A DNA stretch of 64,000 bases, from NCBI GenBank assembly GCA_038522735.1, contig JBCBJX010000003.1, positions 20,685 to 84,684 on the forward strand, in the 5' to 3' direction. This DNA comes from Pseudomonadota bacterium. Lineage in GTDB: Bacteria; Pseudomonadota; Alphaproteobacteria; Caulobacterales; Parvularculaceae. A model generated the notes under the pieces. That model ran no database searches and had not been told where the DNA came from. It worked only from the letters and a program-made list of their open reading frames with translations. Below are positions 38,248 through 48,657 of this stretch, in pieces. Positions within the stretch are counted from its first letter, which is position 1. The number at the start of each line of letters is the position of its first letter. Position numbers and translations under genes: made by a program.

Positions 38248-39390
38248 ATGCGCACCTGTTTTGCAGCTGCATTCGCCGCCGTCGCCGCGAGCCCCGTGCT
38301 CGCCGCCGACCCGTTTACGATCGAGGAGCCCGCTCCGCGGGAGGACGTTTCCGTCGAAGTGCTGGTCGACGGTCTCACCCAGCCCTGGGGCCTCGCTCTG
38401 CTGCCGGACGGCCGCATGCTGGTGACCGAGCGCCCCGGCCGATTGCGCCTTGTCGACGCCGACGGCGCACTCGCGCCGACCCCGGTGACGGGCCTTCCTC
38501 CGATCTATGTCGACAATCAAGCGGGGCTCTTCGACGTCGTTCCGCACCCGGACTTCGCAGACAACAGTCTCCTCTATATTTCATACGCCCACGGCGACAA
38601 GGATGCGAACGCCCTGCGGATCGCCCGCGCCGGCTTCGACGGCGCCGCCCTTCAGAATTTCGAGGTGTTGTTCGAAGTCGATCCTCTGAAGAAAGGCGGC
38701 GCCCACTACGGCGCGAAGATCGCCTTCCTCCCCGACGGTACGTTCATGGCGACGACCGGCGAGGGTTACGGCTATCGGGAAAAAGCCCAGAAGACGGACA
38801 ATCACTTCGGCAAGACGATCCGTCTCAACGCGGACGGCTCCATCCCTGCCGACAACCCCTTCGTCGGCGAGGACGGTCTGGACGCGATCTACAGTTACGG
38901 CCACCGCAACCCTCAGGGCCTCGCCTATGACGCAGTGCGCGGCGTCATCTTCGAGCACGAGCACGGGCCGAAAGGCGGCGACGAGATCAACGTCATAAAG
39001 GCGGGTCGGAATTACGGCTGGCCGCTCGCGACTTACGGCGTCGATTACTCCGGCGCCCAGATCTCGCCGTATCAGGAGTATCGCGGCACGACCCAGCCCG
39101 TCCTCCAGTGGACGCCGTCCATCGCGCCCTCAGGGCTCGCGGTTTATTCCGGCGACCTGTTCGCCGAGTGGGAGGGCGACCTTCTTGTCGGCGCGCTTTC
39201 CTATCGCGAGCTCCGCCGGGTCGAGATGGAGGGTGATGAGCCGGTCGCCCAGTACTCGCTGCTGAAAGATCGCAAGGAGCGGGTCCGCGATGTGCGCGTC
39301 GGCGAGGACGGCGCGATCTACGTCGTCAGCTCCGAAGAACGCAAAGGCGGCGAGCGGGGCAAAGTGCTGCGTCTGACGCCTGCGAAGTGA
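38248..39390 (+). CDS. PQQ-dependent soluble sugar (aldose) dehydrogenase, YliI/sorbosone dehydrogenase family
   Basis: It has a signal peptide, 'PWGLALLPDGRMLVTERPGRLRLV' and 'HGPKGGDEINVIKAGRNYGWP'. Confidence 0.82.
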   Translation: MRTCFAAAFAAVAASPVLAADPFTIEEPAPREDVSVEVLVDGLTQPWGLALLPDGRMLVTERPGRLRLVDADGALAPTPVTGLPPIYVDNQAGLFDVVPHPDFADNSLLYISYAHGDKDANALRIARAGFDGAALQNFEVLFEVDPLKKGGAHYGAKIAFLPDGTFMATTGEGYGYREKAQKTDNHFGKTIRLNADGSIPADNPFVGEDGLDAIYSYGHRNPQGLAYDAVRGVIFEHEHGPKGGDEINVIKAGRNYGWPLATYGVDYSGAQISPYQEYRGTTQPVLQWTPSIAPSGLAVYSGDLFAEWEGDLLVGALSYRELRRVEMEGDEPVAQYSLLKDRKERVRDVRVGEDGAIYVVSSEERKGGERGKVLRLTPAK

Positions 39391-39565
39391 CGATGGGAAG
39401 CAACGGGTGGATTGCGGCGTTGCGGCAACACTCCCGCCGCCGCTCTCCGCCGAACGGCGCATCCCGGGGACGACCGCTATAATTTCGACATAGAGAAGTC
39501 GTAAACACTAGATGAATCGCGGCCAGCCGCTATCATTCCGCGCGATATCCTAGAGGAGGGGAACC

Positions 39566-40666
39566 ATGCTTCGCACCACGGCTCTTACCGGCGTCATCGC
39601 CATGCTGATCGCGGCCCCGGCCGCCGCCCAGAACTACAAAGGCTTCTATGGCTCCGTGCTCGCCGGCCTCAACATGGCCGACGAACAGGACGCCGATTAC
39701 CTGTCGAACGGCGAGTTCGATTATGAAGGCGGGTCGGCTGTCGGCGCGGCGATCGGCTACGCCTATGGCGGGGGCCTGCGCGGCGAGCTCGAGCTGATGA
39801 ACCGTTCTAACGACGTCGACAGCGTTCTCGGCCTTGGCGCCGTCGACGGCGAGACGGACGTCACATCGCTGATGGTGAACGCGGTCTACGACCTCGACAT
39901 CGCCGGCGGCGCGATCGTTCCCTTCATCGGCGCCGGCGTCGGTTACGCCCGCGCTAAAACCGAAATCTCCGCCGGCGCGGGCGACACGCTCACCGCTCTC
40001 GGCGTTTCCGAAAGCGACGGCTCCGGCGCCTGGCAGGCCTTCGCCGGCCTCGCGATCCCCCTCGCCGACAATCTCTCGATTGCGGCCCAGTACCGCTATT
40101 TCTCCGCGATGGACGGTTTCGATTACGACAATTCCGGCGTCATCGGCGCACCGCCGGCCGTCACGGTGAACGGCGACTACGACGTCCAGACGATTCTTGC
40201 GAGCATCACCTGGAATTTCGGCGCGGCCGCTCCGGTTCGCCCGAAAGTCCGCGAAGAAATCGCTCCGGCGCCCGTCGCGTCCGCAGCCCCGGTGGCCCCG
40301 GTCCTCCTTGAAGAAGACGAGGCGCTCGAAGACATCGAACTAACGATCTACTTCGACCTCAACTCCTCCGCCCTGACCAACGCCGCCCGCACCCTGATCG
40401 CGAACGCCGCGGCGCAGGCGCAGGACGGCGAGATCTCCTCGGTGACCATCGAAGGCAACACGGACTCCTCCGGTTCGTCCGCCTACAACCAGGTCCTCTC
40501 ACAGCGTCGCGCCAACGTCGTCCGCGAAGCGCTGATCGCCCAGGGCGTTCCGGCGTCCCTGATCTCGGTGAACGCCTTCGGCGAAGGCCAGCCGGCGACG
40601 CCGACGCCCGACGGCGCCCGCGAGCCGCTTAACCGGCGCGCCGACGTGACGATCCGCTTCCAGTAA
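39566..40666 (+). CDS. OmpA-family outer-membrane protein (N-terminal beta-barrel plus C-terminal OmpA domain)
   Basis: A strong SD (GAGGAGGGG) and a signal peptide are present. The barrel-like N-terminal half ends in 'ILASITWNF', followed by an Ala/Pro linker. The C-terminal 'NTDSSGSSAYNQVLSQRRANVV' is the OmpA peptidoglycan-binding motif. Confidence 0.85.
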   Translation: MLRTTALTGVIAMLIAAPAAAQNYKGFYGSVLAGLNMADEQDADYLSNGEFDYEGGSAVGAAIGYAYGGGLRGELELMNRSNDVDSVLGLGAVDGETDVTSLMVNAVYDLDIAGGAIVPFIGAGVGYARAKTEISAGAGDTLTALGVSESDGSGAWQAFAGLAIPLADNLSIAAQYRYFSAMDGFDYDNSGVIGAPPAVTVNGDYDVQTILASITWNFGAAAPVRPKVREEIAPAPVASAAPVAPVLLEEDEALEDIELTIYFDLNSSALTNAARTLIANAAAQAQDGEISSVTIEGNTDSSGSSAYNQVLSQRRANVVREALIAQGVPASLISVNAFGEGQPATPTPDGAREPLNRRADVTIRFQ

Positions 40667-40690
40667 GTCTCCGAGGCGTCAGAACGACGA

Positions 40691-40719
40691 ACGGCGCGCC
40701 TTCGGGCGCGCCGTTTTTC
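40691..40719 (+). terminator. rho-independent terminator after the OmpA-family gene
   Basis: ACGGCGCGCC-TTCG-GGCGCGCCGT is followed by TTTTT. Confidence 0.75.
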
Positions 40720-40744
40720 TGTTCAAGGGGGTGATGAGCCGTCG

Positions 40745-41386
40745 TCAGTCGACGAGATTCGGGCCGCCATACGCCTTCAGAAAGACGTCGACACCGGTGC
40801 GGACCTGGATGTCGATCGCTTCCTCCAGATCGTCGGGCTCCGCCCCCATTGAGAGTTTCGTTTCAAGCGGTTCGGTGATGAGCGCGCCAAGATGCATGAT
40901 GGCGCGCGGCACGTCGTCGATCACCAGCACTCCGGCGTCGGCGAGCGCACGCATGTGCGGCTCCAGCGCGCCGATGAGGCGGAACATCCCATTGTCGAGA
41001 TAAGCCCGGCCGAGTTCCGGAAACCGCACGGATTCAAACGCTGTGATGCGCCGGAGCGCGATGCTTTCGGGCTTTGTCGCCTCCCGCAGGAAGTCGCAGG
41101 CCGTCGCCGTCAGCTCTTCGCGGATCGACCGTTCGCCGGTGAACCCGACGTCGAGGATGGCGAGGAACCGCCCGCAGAACGTGATGATCACCGCCTCGAA
41201 CAGGGCGTCTTTGGACTGGAAGCGGTTGTAGACCGTGCGCTTGGAGACCGCCGCCTCGGACGCGATCTCGTCCATGCTCGCGCCGGCGAAGCCTTTCGCG
41301 AGGAAGACCCGGCGGGCGGCTTCCACGATGGCGGCGTGTTTTTCGTCGGGCGCGTCGTCGCGCGTCAGGTCTGCGGCTTCCATCAT
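40745..41386 (-). CDS. TetR/AcrR family transcriptional regulator
   Basis: The HTH is 'IVEAARRVFLAKGFAGASMDEIASEAAVSKRTVYNRF'. Confidence 0.88.
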   Translation of the reverse strand: MMEAADLTRDDAPDEKHAAIVEAARRVFLAKGFAGASMDEIASEAAVSKRTVYNRFQSKDALFEAVIITFCGRFLAILDVGFTGERSIREELTATACDFLREATKPESIALRRITAFESVRFPELGRAYLDNGMFRLIGALEPHMRALADAGVLVIDDVPRAIMHLGALITEPLETKLSMGAEPDDLEEAIDIQVRTGVDVFLKAYGGPNLVD

Positions 41387-41495
41387 CTTATTCTGTCGTC
41401 GTTTTTTGATGAACGGAACCGTCGGCTTAGCACTCGCTAAGTCGCGCCGTCACGCGTTCACCCCCCGTTAACCATAGGGGCGCGACGACCGTCCC

Positions 41496-43466
41496 ATGGC
41501 GAGCGCCCGCAAACATCGATCGACCGCGCAAAACGCGCCTTTCGCGCGCAAAAAGGGGCGTAAAGGAGCGCACGCGCGCTTTCGCACGCAGGCGCGGCGC
41601 TGGGGCCGATTGCTGGCGATGCTCGGCGGCGCGACCTTCGCGCTGCTCGCCGCGGCGGTCGCGGGAGCGGCTTATCTCGTCGCGTCCTCGCCGGCGCCGG
41701 AGGGGCGGATCTGGACCGCAAACCGGCCGCCGGTGGTCGTCGTGCAGGCCGCGGACGGATCGGAGATCGCCGCCTTCGGCCGCACCGCGGGCCGCGCGGT
41801 GAGCCTAGGCGATCTGCCGCGCCATGTTCCGGACGCGGTGCTCGCGGCGGAGGACCGCAATTTTCACCACCACTGGGGCTTCAACCCGGTCGCCTGGGCG
41901 CGGGCGGCGATCGTGAACATCCGTTCCGGATCTGTCCGCCAGGGCGGCTCGACGATCACCCAGCAGCTCGCAAAGAACCTCTTCCTGTCGCCGGAGCGGA
42001 CCTTCGAGCGAAAGCTCCGGGAGCTGATCTACGCCATCTGGCTTGAGACGCGCTTCTCCAAGGACGAGATCCTCACCCTCTACCTCAACCGCGTCTATTT
42101 CGGCGGCGGCGCCTACGGCATCGACGCCGCCGCCATCCGCTATTTCGATAAGTCCGCACGGGATCTTTCCGTCGCCGAGGCCGCCACCCTCGCGGGGCTG
42201 TTGAAAGCGCCGGCGCGGTATTCGCCGAGCGCGCGGCCGGGGAACGCCGGCGCCCGCGGCGCAGAAGTGCTGCGCAACATGGTGCGCGCCGGCTTCCTCA
42301 CCCGCGCTGAAGCCGAAGCCGCCGCCCGCGAACCCCTCTATCTCGCGCCGCCTGATAATCCGACTGCGCCTTATTTCGCCGACGCCGCCCTCGCTGAGGC
42401 CGAACGCCTCCTCGGCGGGCTCGAAATCAATGTTGTCGTCGAAACGACCCTCGAGCCGCGCCTGCAGGGCGCGCTCGCCGCGGCCGTCGCGGGCGGCTTC
42501 GACGGCGGCGAGGGCGAGCCCGCCGATCTTGAGGCGGCGGCCCTCGTCCTTGATGAGCGCGGCGCCGTCCGCGCCCTCGTCGGCGGGCGGGATTACAGGC
42601 GCAGCCAGTTCAACCGGGCGGTCGCGGCGCGCCGCCAGCCGGGGTCGGCCTTCAAGACCTTCGTCTACCTCGCCGGGCTTGAGGCGGGGTACGATCCCTA
42701 TACGACGGTTCTCGACGCGCCGATCCGCATCGCAGATTGGGCGCCTGGCAACTATAAAGACCGCTATTACGGCGAGGTGAGCCTTGAAGAGGCCTACGCC
42801 CGCTCCCTCAACTCCGCCGCTGTCCGCGTCCAGCAGGCCGTCGGCGTGCGTCATGTTCAGCAGGTCGCCGAACGCCTCGGGGTCGTCTCGCCCCTCGACA
42901 AATCAGCCGCCCTCGCACTCGGCGTTTCAGAGACGACGCCGATCGAACTCGCGGGCGCTTACGCCGCCGTCGCGAACGGCGGTTTCAGCGTCGAGCCGCA
43001 TCTCGTCGCCGCCATCCGGACGCCGGAGGGCCGGCCGATCTATGAGCGCGCGGCTGCGTCCGACCGCGTCCTCGACCCGCGCGTCGCCTTCGAGATGAAG
43101 GAGATGATGCGCGCGACGGTCGACTACGGCTCCGGCTTCCGGGCCCGCGCCGCCGCCGTCGATGTCGGCGGCAAGACCGGAACGACCCAGAGCGGCCGGG
43201 ACGGCTGGTTCGCAGGGTTTGCGGACGATTACACGGGCGTCGTCTGGGTGGGCCGCGACAGCGGCGGCCCGGTCGCCGATCTTTCCGGCAGCCGGGAGCC
43301 GGCGGCGATCTGGGGCGCTTTCGCTCGCATGCTGAGCGACCGGCCGCGGACGCCGGCGGGGGCGCCTGCGGTCCTCGTCGAGGCCGCAGCGGCGCCCGGC
43401 GATCTCGACGCGCTCCTGATCTCTCTTGAGACGGAGGACCCGGCGCTCGCGCCTTATGATCCGTAG
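41496..43466 (+). CDS. bifunctional class A penicillin-binding protein (glycosyltransferase GT51 plus transpeptidase)
   Basis: The GT51 motif is 'EDRNFHHHWGFNP'. Transpeptidase motifs are SxxK in 'GSAFKTF', SxN in 'SLNS' and 'KTGTT'. An N-terminal TM anchor is present. Confidence 0.88.
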   Translation: MASARKHRSTAQNAPFARKKGRKGAHARFRTQARRWGRLLAMLGGATFALLAAAVAGAAYLVASSPAPEGRIWTANRPPVVVVQAADGSEIAAFGRTAGRAVSLGDLPRHVPDAVLAAEDRNFHHHWGFNPVAWARAAIVNIRSGSVRQGGSTITQQLAKNLFLSPERTFERKLRELIYAIWLETRFSKDEILTLYLNRVYFGGGAYGIDAAAIRYFDKSARDLSVAEAATLAGLLKAPARYSPSARPGNAGARGAEVLRNMVRAGFLTRAEAEAAAREPLYLAPPDNPTAPYFADAALAEAERLLGGLEINVVVETTLEPRLQGALAAAVAGGFDGGEGEPADLEAAALVLDERGAVRALVGGRDYRRSQFNRAVAARRQPGSAFKTFVYLAGLEAGYDPYTTVLDAPIRIADWAPGNYKDRYYGEVSLEEAYARSLNSAAVRVQQAVGVRHVQQVAERLGVVSPLDKSAALALGVSETTPIELAGAYAAVANGGFSVEPHLVAAIRTPEGRPIYERAAASDRVLDPRVAFEMKEMMRATVDYGSGFRARAAAVDVGGKTGTTQSGRDGWFAGFADDYTGVVWVGRDSGGPVADLSGSREPAAIWGAFARMLSDRPRTPAGAPAVLVEAAAAPGDLDALLISLETEDPALAPYDP

Positions 43467-44176
43467 GCGTGAAGCCGCGCGCCGTTCTCCCGCAGCCAGG
43501 CCTTCGCCGGCTCCATATCCTCGACCAGCCGGCCGACCGTCCGCCAGAAGGCGGGAGAATGATCCATGTGGACGAGGTGCGCGCACTCGTGGGCGGCGAC
43601 ATATTCAAGGACGTGGGGCGGCGCCATGACGAGGCGCCAGGAGAACGAAAGATCCCCCTTGGCGTTGCACGAGCCCCAGCGCGAGCGCGGATCGCGCAGG
43701 CTGATCCGTCCACGTCGTTGATTGAGAATTTCGGAAAACTCCGACGTCCAGTAGGTGAAATCCACCCGGGCCTCACGCACCAAGCGTTCGCGCACCCGCC
43801 GCGCGATCTGACCGGCGTCGCCGCCGACATGGATCGTCGGGCGCGGGGCGGCGACGATCTGCGCGCTCCGCAGGACCGGGTTGTCGGCCCGCCGGATGAG
43901 GTGCTTCACGCCCCGCACGGGGATCTCGAAGCCCGGCGCGAAGGGCGCGGGACAGGGCGCGGTTTTCAGCTGTTCGCGGATCCAGTCCTTGCGGCTCTCC
44001 GCAAAAGCGAGGGCCTTCGGGAGCAGCCGCTTCGAGGGCGCGGTGACGACGACGGCGCCGGACCGGTCGATGCGCACGATGAGGCGCTTCGCGCGGGCGT
44101 TCGCCACCAGCCGCAGGGGGACCGGGCGACCGTCGATCATGAAGGATGTCGCAAGGGGTTGAACGGTGTTTGTCAT
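43454..44176 (-). CDS. M48-family / YgjP-like (DUF45) metal-dependent hydrolase
   Basis: 'YVAAHECAHLVHMDHSPAFW' carries the HExxH motif plus the family-typical context. 240 aa. Confidence 0.8.
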   Translation of the reverse strand: MTNTVQPLATSFMIDGRPVPLRLVANARAKRLIVRIDRSGAVVVTAPSKRLLPKALAFAESRKDWIREQLKTAPCPAPFAPGFEIPVRGVKHLIRRADNPVLRSAQIVAAPRPTIHVGGDAGQIARRVRERLVREARVDFTYWTSEFSEILNQRRGRISLRDPRSRWGSCNAKGDLSFSWRLVMAPPHVLEYVAAHECAHLVHMDHSPAFWRTVGRLVEDMEPAKAWLRENGARLHAYGS

Positions 44177-44325
44177 GGAAGCCGCCGTCGGAAGTCGCCG
44201 CGACCTGAGCCCGGCCGGCCCGCCGGGTCAACGCCGAATTCTCCCCATGACGCCGCCCGATTTCGACGCTTCGACTCGCCCGCCCGACGCCCGCTATAAG
44301 CCGGGCTTCGCAAGGAAGACGACCG

Positions 44326-47052
44326 ATGGACGGATCGCCCCGCATCGATGAGGACCCCTCGCCCGAGGCCGCCCGCGCCCGCGCCGAAGCGCGCGCGGCG
44401 GAGACGCCGATGATGCGTCAGTTCTGGGAGGTGAAAGCCGACGCCGGCGACGCCCTTCTCTTCTTCCGTATGGGGGATTTCTACGAGCTTTTCTTCGAGG
44501 ATGCGGTGAAAGCCGCCGCCGCCCTCGACATCGCGCTGACGAAACGCGGCAAGCACCGGGGCGAAGACGTCGCCATGTGCGGCGTGCCCGTCCACGCCTA
44601 TGAGCGCTATCTCGCGACATTGATCCGCAAGGGGTTCAAAGTTGCGATCTGCGAACAGATCGAGGACCCGGCTGAGGCCAAGAAACGCGGGGCGAAGTCC
44701 GTCGTCGCGCGCGGCGTCGTGCGGCGGGTGACGCCCGGCACGCTGACGGAGGAGGCGCTTCTCGAAGCGCGGGCCTTCAACCATCTCGCCGTTCTCTCCG
44801 TCACCGGAAAAACTGCAGCCCTCGCCTGGGCGGACCTCTCCACTGGCGACCTCGCCGTGCGCGAGACAGGCGCTGACCGGCTCCCGGGCGATCTCGCCGA
44901 GATCGCCCCGCGCGAAATCGTGCTGCCGGACGCCCTGCTTGAAGACCCGCTCTGGGGGACCGCGATCGACGGCGCGAACGCCGCGACGACGCCGCTCCCC
45001 GCCCAGCGCTTCGAGGCGGCGGGGGCGGAGCGCGTCCTGAAAGAAACGTTCGACGTCTCGACCCTGGACGGATACGGATCGTTCTCGAAGGCGGAAATCG
45101 CCGCCCTCGGCGCTCTCGTCGACTACGCGGTCCTGACCCAGGTCGAGGCGCGGCCGGCCTTCAAGGCGCCGAAGCGCGTCGCGACCGGCGCGGCGATGGC
45201 CATCGACGCGGCGACCCGCGCCTCCCTCGAGCTTGTCGCCGCCCGCGAAGGCGGGCGCGCCGGTTCGCTCCTCGCCGCCGTCGACCGCACGGTGACCGGG
45301 CCGGGCGCCCGGGAGCTCGCCGCGCGCATCGCCGCGCCGCTGACGGATGTTTCCGCAATCCGCTGCCGGCTCGACGCCGTCGAACGGTTCGTCGCCGATC
45401 GCGATCTGCGCGAGGGCGTCCGCGCCGGCCTTAAGGCGACGCCCGACGCTGCCCGCGCCCTCTCGCGTCTCGCCCTCGGCCGCGCCGGGCCGCGCGATCT
45501 TCTCGCGATCGCTGCGGCCGTCGCCGCCGCCGCGGATATCGCCGGGCGGTTGACGGACGCGGCGCAAAGCGCGCCGCTCGGCGACGCTCTCGACCTGGCG
45601 CTCGCCCGTCTCGCGCCGGGCGACGGCGTCGCTGATCTCCGCTGCGAGATCGACCGGGCGCTGACGGACGCGCCGCCGCTCCTCGCCCGCGACGGCGGCT
45701 TCGTTGCGGGCGGCTATGACGAGCGCCTCGACGCCGCCCGGGCCCTCTCCGAAGACGCCCGTCGGGTGATCGCCGAGATGCAGGCTGCGCTCTCCGAAGA
45801 AACGAACGTGCGGACCCTGAAGATCAAGCACAACAACATGCTCGGCTATTTCATCGAGGTCCCGGCTGCGGCGGGCAAGGCGCTCGCCGAACCGCCGCAT
45901 TCGGAGCGGTTCATCCACCGCCAGACCATGGCGAACGCCATGCGGTTCACGACGCCGGAGCTCTCCGAGCTCGCCGGACGCATCGTCCGCGCCCGGGACG
46001 AGGCGCTGGCGCTGGAGCTGACGATTTTCGGGGCGCTGCGCGAGCGTGTGCTGGACGTGCGGGCCGATATCTCCGCTCTCGCCGAAGCCCTCGCCGAAAT
46101 CGACTGCGTCGGGGGGCTTGCGGAGTATGCGGAGGAGCGCTCCTGCGTCCGGCCGGCGGTGGAGGAGGGGCTCGCCTTCAAGATCCGCGAGGGGCGCCAT
46201 CCGGTGGTCGAGCAGGCGCTCGCGGGCGGCGCGCGGTTCTCGCCGAACGACTGCGTCCTCTCTTCGGGCGAGGAGGCGCGGCTGAAGCTCGTCACCGGCC
46301 CGAACATGGCGGGTAAATCGACCTATCTCCGCCAGAACGCGCTGATCGCCGTCCTCGCCCAGGCGGGCGCTTTCGTGCCCGCGGCGGCCGCGCGCATCGG
46401 CGTTGTCGATCGGCTGTTCTCGCGGGTCGGCGCGGCGGACGATCTCGCGCGGGGCCGCTCGACCTTCATGGTGGAGATGATCGAGACCGCCGCTATCCTC
46501 AATCAGGCGGGGCCGAAGTCCCTCGTCGTCCTCGACGAGATCGGCCGCGGCACGGCGACCTTTGACGGCCTCTCCATCGCCTGGGCGGCGCTCGAACATC
46601 TTCATGATGCGAACAAATGCCGGGGGCTCTTCGCGACGCACTATCACGAGCTGACGCAGCTCTCGGAACGCCTCGCCCGCCTCGACAACGTCTCCATGCG
46701 GGTGCGCGAATGGAAGGGCGAGATCGTCTTTCTCCACGAGGTCGCCGACGGCCCGGCGGATCGCTCCTACGGCGTCGCCGTCGCCCGCCTCGCCGGCGTG
46801 CCGGCGCGGGTGGTGAAACGCGCCGCGGCGGTCCTGAAAGATCTGGAGGCGGAAAGCGCCGGCGGCGGCGCCCTGCCGCTCTTCTCGGCCGGGTTCGCGG
46901 AAGCGGAGCCCGCCCCGAGCGAGCCCTCGGACGTCGAGCGACGCCTCGCCTCCCTCGACGTGGACGGACTGTCGCCGCGCGAGGCGCTGGAGGCGCTCTA
47001 TGAGTTGAAAGCCGCGTTGGAGACGGGAGAAGAGGGTTCATGGCCCTCCTGA
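44326..47052 (+). CDS. mutS: DNA mismatch repair protein MutS
   Basis: 'TPMMRQFWEVKA...LFFRMGDFYELFFEDA' and Walker A 'GPNMAGKSTYLRQ'. 908 aa. Confidence 0.97.
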   Translation: MDGSPRIDEDPSPEAARARAEARAAETPMMRQFWEVKADAGDALLFFRMGDFYELFFEDAVKAAAALDIALTKRGKHRGEDVAMCGVPVHAYERYLATLIRKGFKVAICEQIEDPAEAKKRGAKSVVARGVVRRVTPGTLTEEALLEARAFNHLAVLSVTGKTAALAWADLSTGDLAVRETGADRLPGDLAEIAPREIVLPDALLEDPLWGTAIDGANAATTPLPAQRFEAAGAERVLKETFDVSTLDGYGSFSKAEIAALGALVDYAVLTQVEARPAFKAPKRVATGAAMAIDAATRASLELVAAREGGRAGSLLAAVDRTVTGPGARELAARIAAPLTDVSAIRCRLDAVERFVADRDLREGVRAGLKATPDAARALSRLALGRAGPRDLLAIAAAVAAAADIAGRLTDAAQSAPLGDALDLALARLAPGDGVADLRCEIDRALTDAPPLLARDGGFVAGGYDERLDAARALSEDARRVIAEMQAALSEETNVRTLKIKHNNMLGYFIEVPAAAGKALAEPPHSERFIHRQTMANAMRFTTPELSELAGRIVRARDEALALELTIFGALRERVLDVRADISALAEALAEIDCVGGLAEYAEERSCVRPAVEEGLAFKIREGRHPVVEQALAGGARFSPNDCVLSSGEEARLKLVTGPNMAGKSTYLRQNALIAVLAQAGAFVPAAAARIGVVDRLFSRVGAADDLARGRSTFMVEMIETAAILNQAGPKSLVVLDEIGRGTATFDGLSIAWAALEHLHDANKCRGLFATHYHELTQLSERLARLDNVSMRVREWKGEIVFLHEVADGPADRSYGVAVARLAGVPARVVKRAAAVLKDLEAESAGGGALPLFSAGFAEAEPAPSEPSDVERRLASLDVDGLSPREALEALYELKAALETGEEGSWPS

Positions 47053-48638
47053 AGTCCCTCGCCACGGTCTCCGGGCTCACCATGTCGAGCCGGGTGCTCG
47101 GTTTCGCGCGACAGGTGCTGGCGACAGGCGTGATCGGCGCCGGCGGCTCGCCGGTGGCGGACGCGTTCTGGGCGGCGTTCCGCTTGCCGAACCTGTTCCG
47201 CCGGCTCCTCGCCGAAGGCGCCTTTCAGGCGGCGTTCATCCCGCTCTTTCAGGCCGCCCGGGTCGAGGGCGGCGACGGTTCGGCGAAGCGGTATGCGGAG
47301 GAGATCCTGTCGGCGCTCGTCGTCGCGCTCAGCGTCCTCATCGCGCTGGTGCAGGTCTTCACGCCGGCGTTCGTGACGCTGCTCGCGGGCGGGTTCGCCG
47401 ACGAGCCGGAGAAGTTCGATCTCGCCGTCCTCTATACGCGGATCATGTTTCCCTATCTCGCCTTCATGTCGGGGGTGGGGCTCCTGTCAGGGGTCCTCAA
47501 CTCCCTCGGCCGGTTCGCGGTGGCGGCGGGGGCGCCGCTTCTCCTCAACATCCTGATGATCGGGGCGGTGCTGTTCGTCGCCGGCGACGGTCCGGAAGCC
47601 GCCGGGAGCGCGCTTTCCTGGGCGGTCGCGGCGGCGGGCGTCGCGCAGCTCGCCGCGCTCTACTGGGGCGCCGCGCGGGCGGGATACGCCGTCAGGCCGC
47701 GGCTGCCGCGGCTCACCCCGGGCGTGAAGCGCCTCCTCGTCCTCGGCGCGCCCGGGTTTCTCGCGGCGGGGTCGGCGCAGATCAATCTCATCGTCGGGAC
47801 CAATATCGCGAGCCGCGAATCAGGTGCCGTCAGCTGGCTGATGAACGCCGATCAGCTGCACCAGCTGCCCGTCTCCCTCATCGGCATCGGCCTCGGGATC
47901 GTCCTTCTCCCGACGCTCTCGGCGCGGGTGAAAACGGGCGACGAGGCGGGCGCCCGGCGGGCCCTCAACCGGGCTGTCGAGCTCTCGCTCCTCCTTGCTC
48001 TGCCGGCGACGGTCGCGCTCGTCCTCATGGGGCCGCTCCTCTGCGACGCGCTCTTCCGGGATTTTGCGGGCGACGCCCTCGCCCTCGTCGGCGCCGGCGG
48101 CTCGGCTTTCACCGAGGACGACGCGCTGCGGACTGGGGCCGCGCTCGCCTGGTTCGCGGTCGGGCTCCCCGCCTTCATCGCCCAGAAGGTCTTCTCGCCC
48201 GCCTTCTTCGCGCGGGAGGACACGACGACGCCGATGGTCTTCGCCCTCGTCGGGATCGCCGCCAATATCTTCATCTCCGTGGGCGGATTTCCGTTCGTCG
48301 GCTTCTATTCGGTCGCCATCGGCACCTCGGTCGCGGCGATCCTGCAGGCGCTCCTCCTCTGGCGGACGGCGGCGCGACGGCGCCATTTCGAGGCCGACGC
48401 GCGCCTGAAAGCCCGCTGGGCGCGCATCGTCGCGGCGACGCTTCTCATGGGCGGCGCGCTCTGGGGGGCGCTGCAGGTCGAGCCGCAGATGACGGCGGTC
48501 CTCTTCGAGCAGTCCTGGCTGACGGCGATCGCCCTTTCCGTCGGCGGCCTCGCGGTCTATGCCGTCGCCTCCATTCTGACCGGCGCCGTCAGCGTCGACG
48601 ACCTCAGGGCCGCGCTTCGCCGCGGCGCGCCGGCCTGA
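47040..48638 (+). CDS. murJ: lipid II flippase MurJ (MviN)
   Basis: '[17 protein letters not shown]', '[25 protein letters not shown]' and about 14 TM segments. The start overlaps the mutS stop by 13 nt. Confidence 0.92.
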   Translation: MALLKSLATVSGLTMSSRVLGFARQVLATGVIGAGGSPVADAFWAAFRLPNLFRRLLAEGAFQAAFIPLFQAARVEGGDGSAKRYAEEILSALVVALSVLIALVQVFTPAFVTLLAGGFADEPEKFDLAVLYTRIMFPYLAFMSGVGLLSGVLNSLGRFAVAAGAPLLLNILMIGAVLFVAGDGPEAAGSALSWAVAAAGVAQLAALYWGAARAGYAVRPRLPRLTPGVKRLLVLGAPGFLAAGSAQINLIVGTNIASRESGAVSWLMNADQLHQLPVSLIGIGLGIVLLPTLSARVKTGDEAGARRALNRAVELSLLLALPATVALVLMGPLLCDALFRDFAGDALALVGAGGSAFTEDDALRTGAALAWFAVGLPAFIAQKVFSPAFFAREDTTTPMVFALVGIAANIFISVGGFPFVGFYSVAIGTSVAAILQALLLWRTAARRRHFEADARLKARWARIVAATLLMGGALWGALQVEPQMTAVLFEQSWLTAIALSVGGLAVYAVASILTGAVSVDDLRAALRRGAPA

Positions 48639-48657
48639 ACGACACGAACGGGACGAA

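Noticed and set aside
44173-46737. 854-aa minus-strand ORF
   Set aside because: It is antisense to mutS. It is a shadow ORF.
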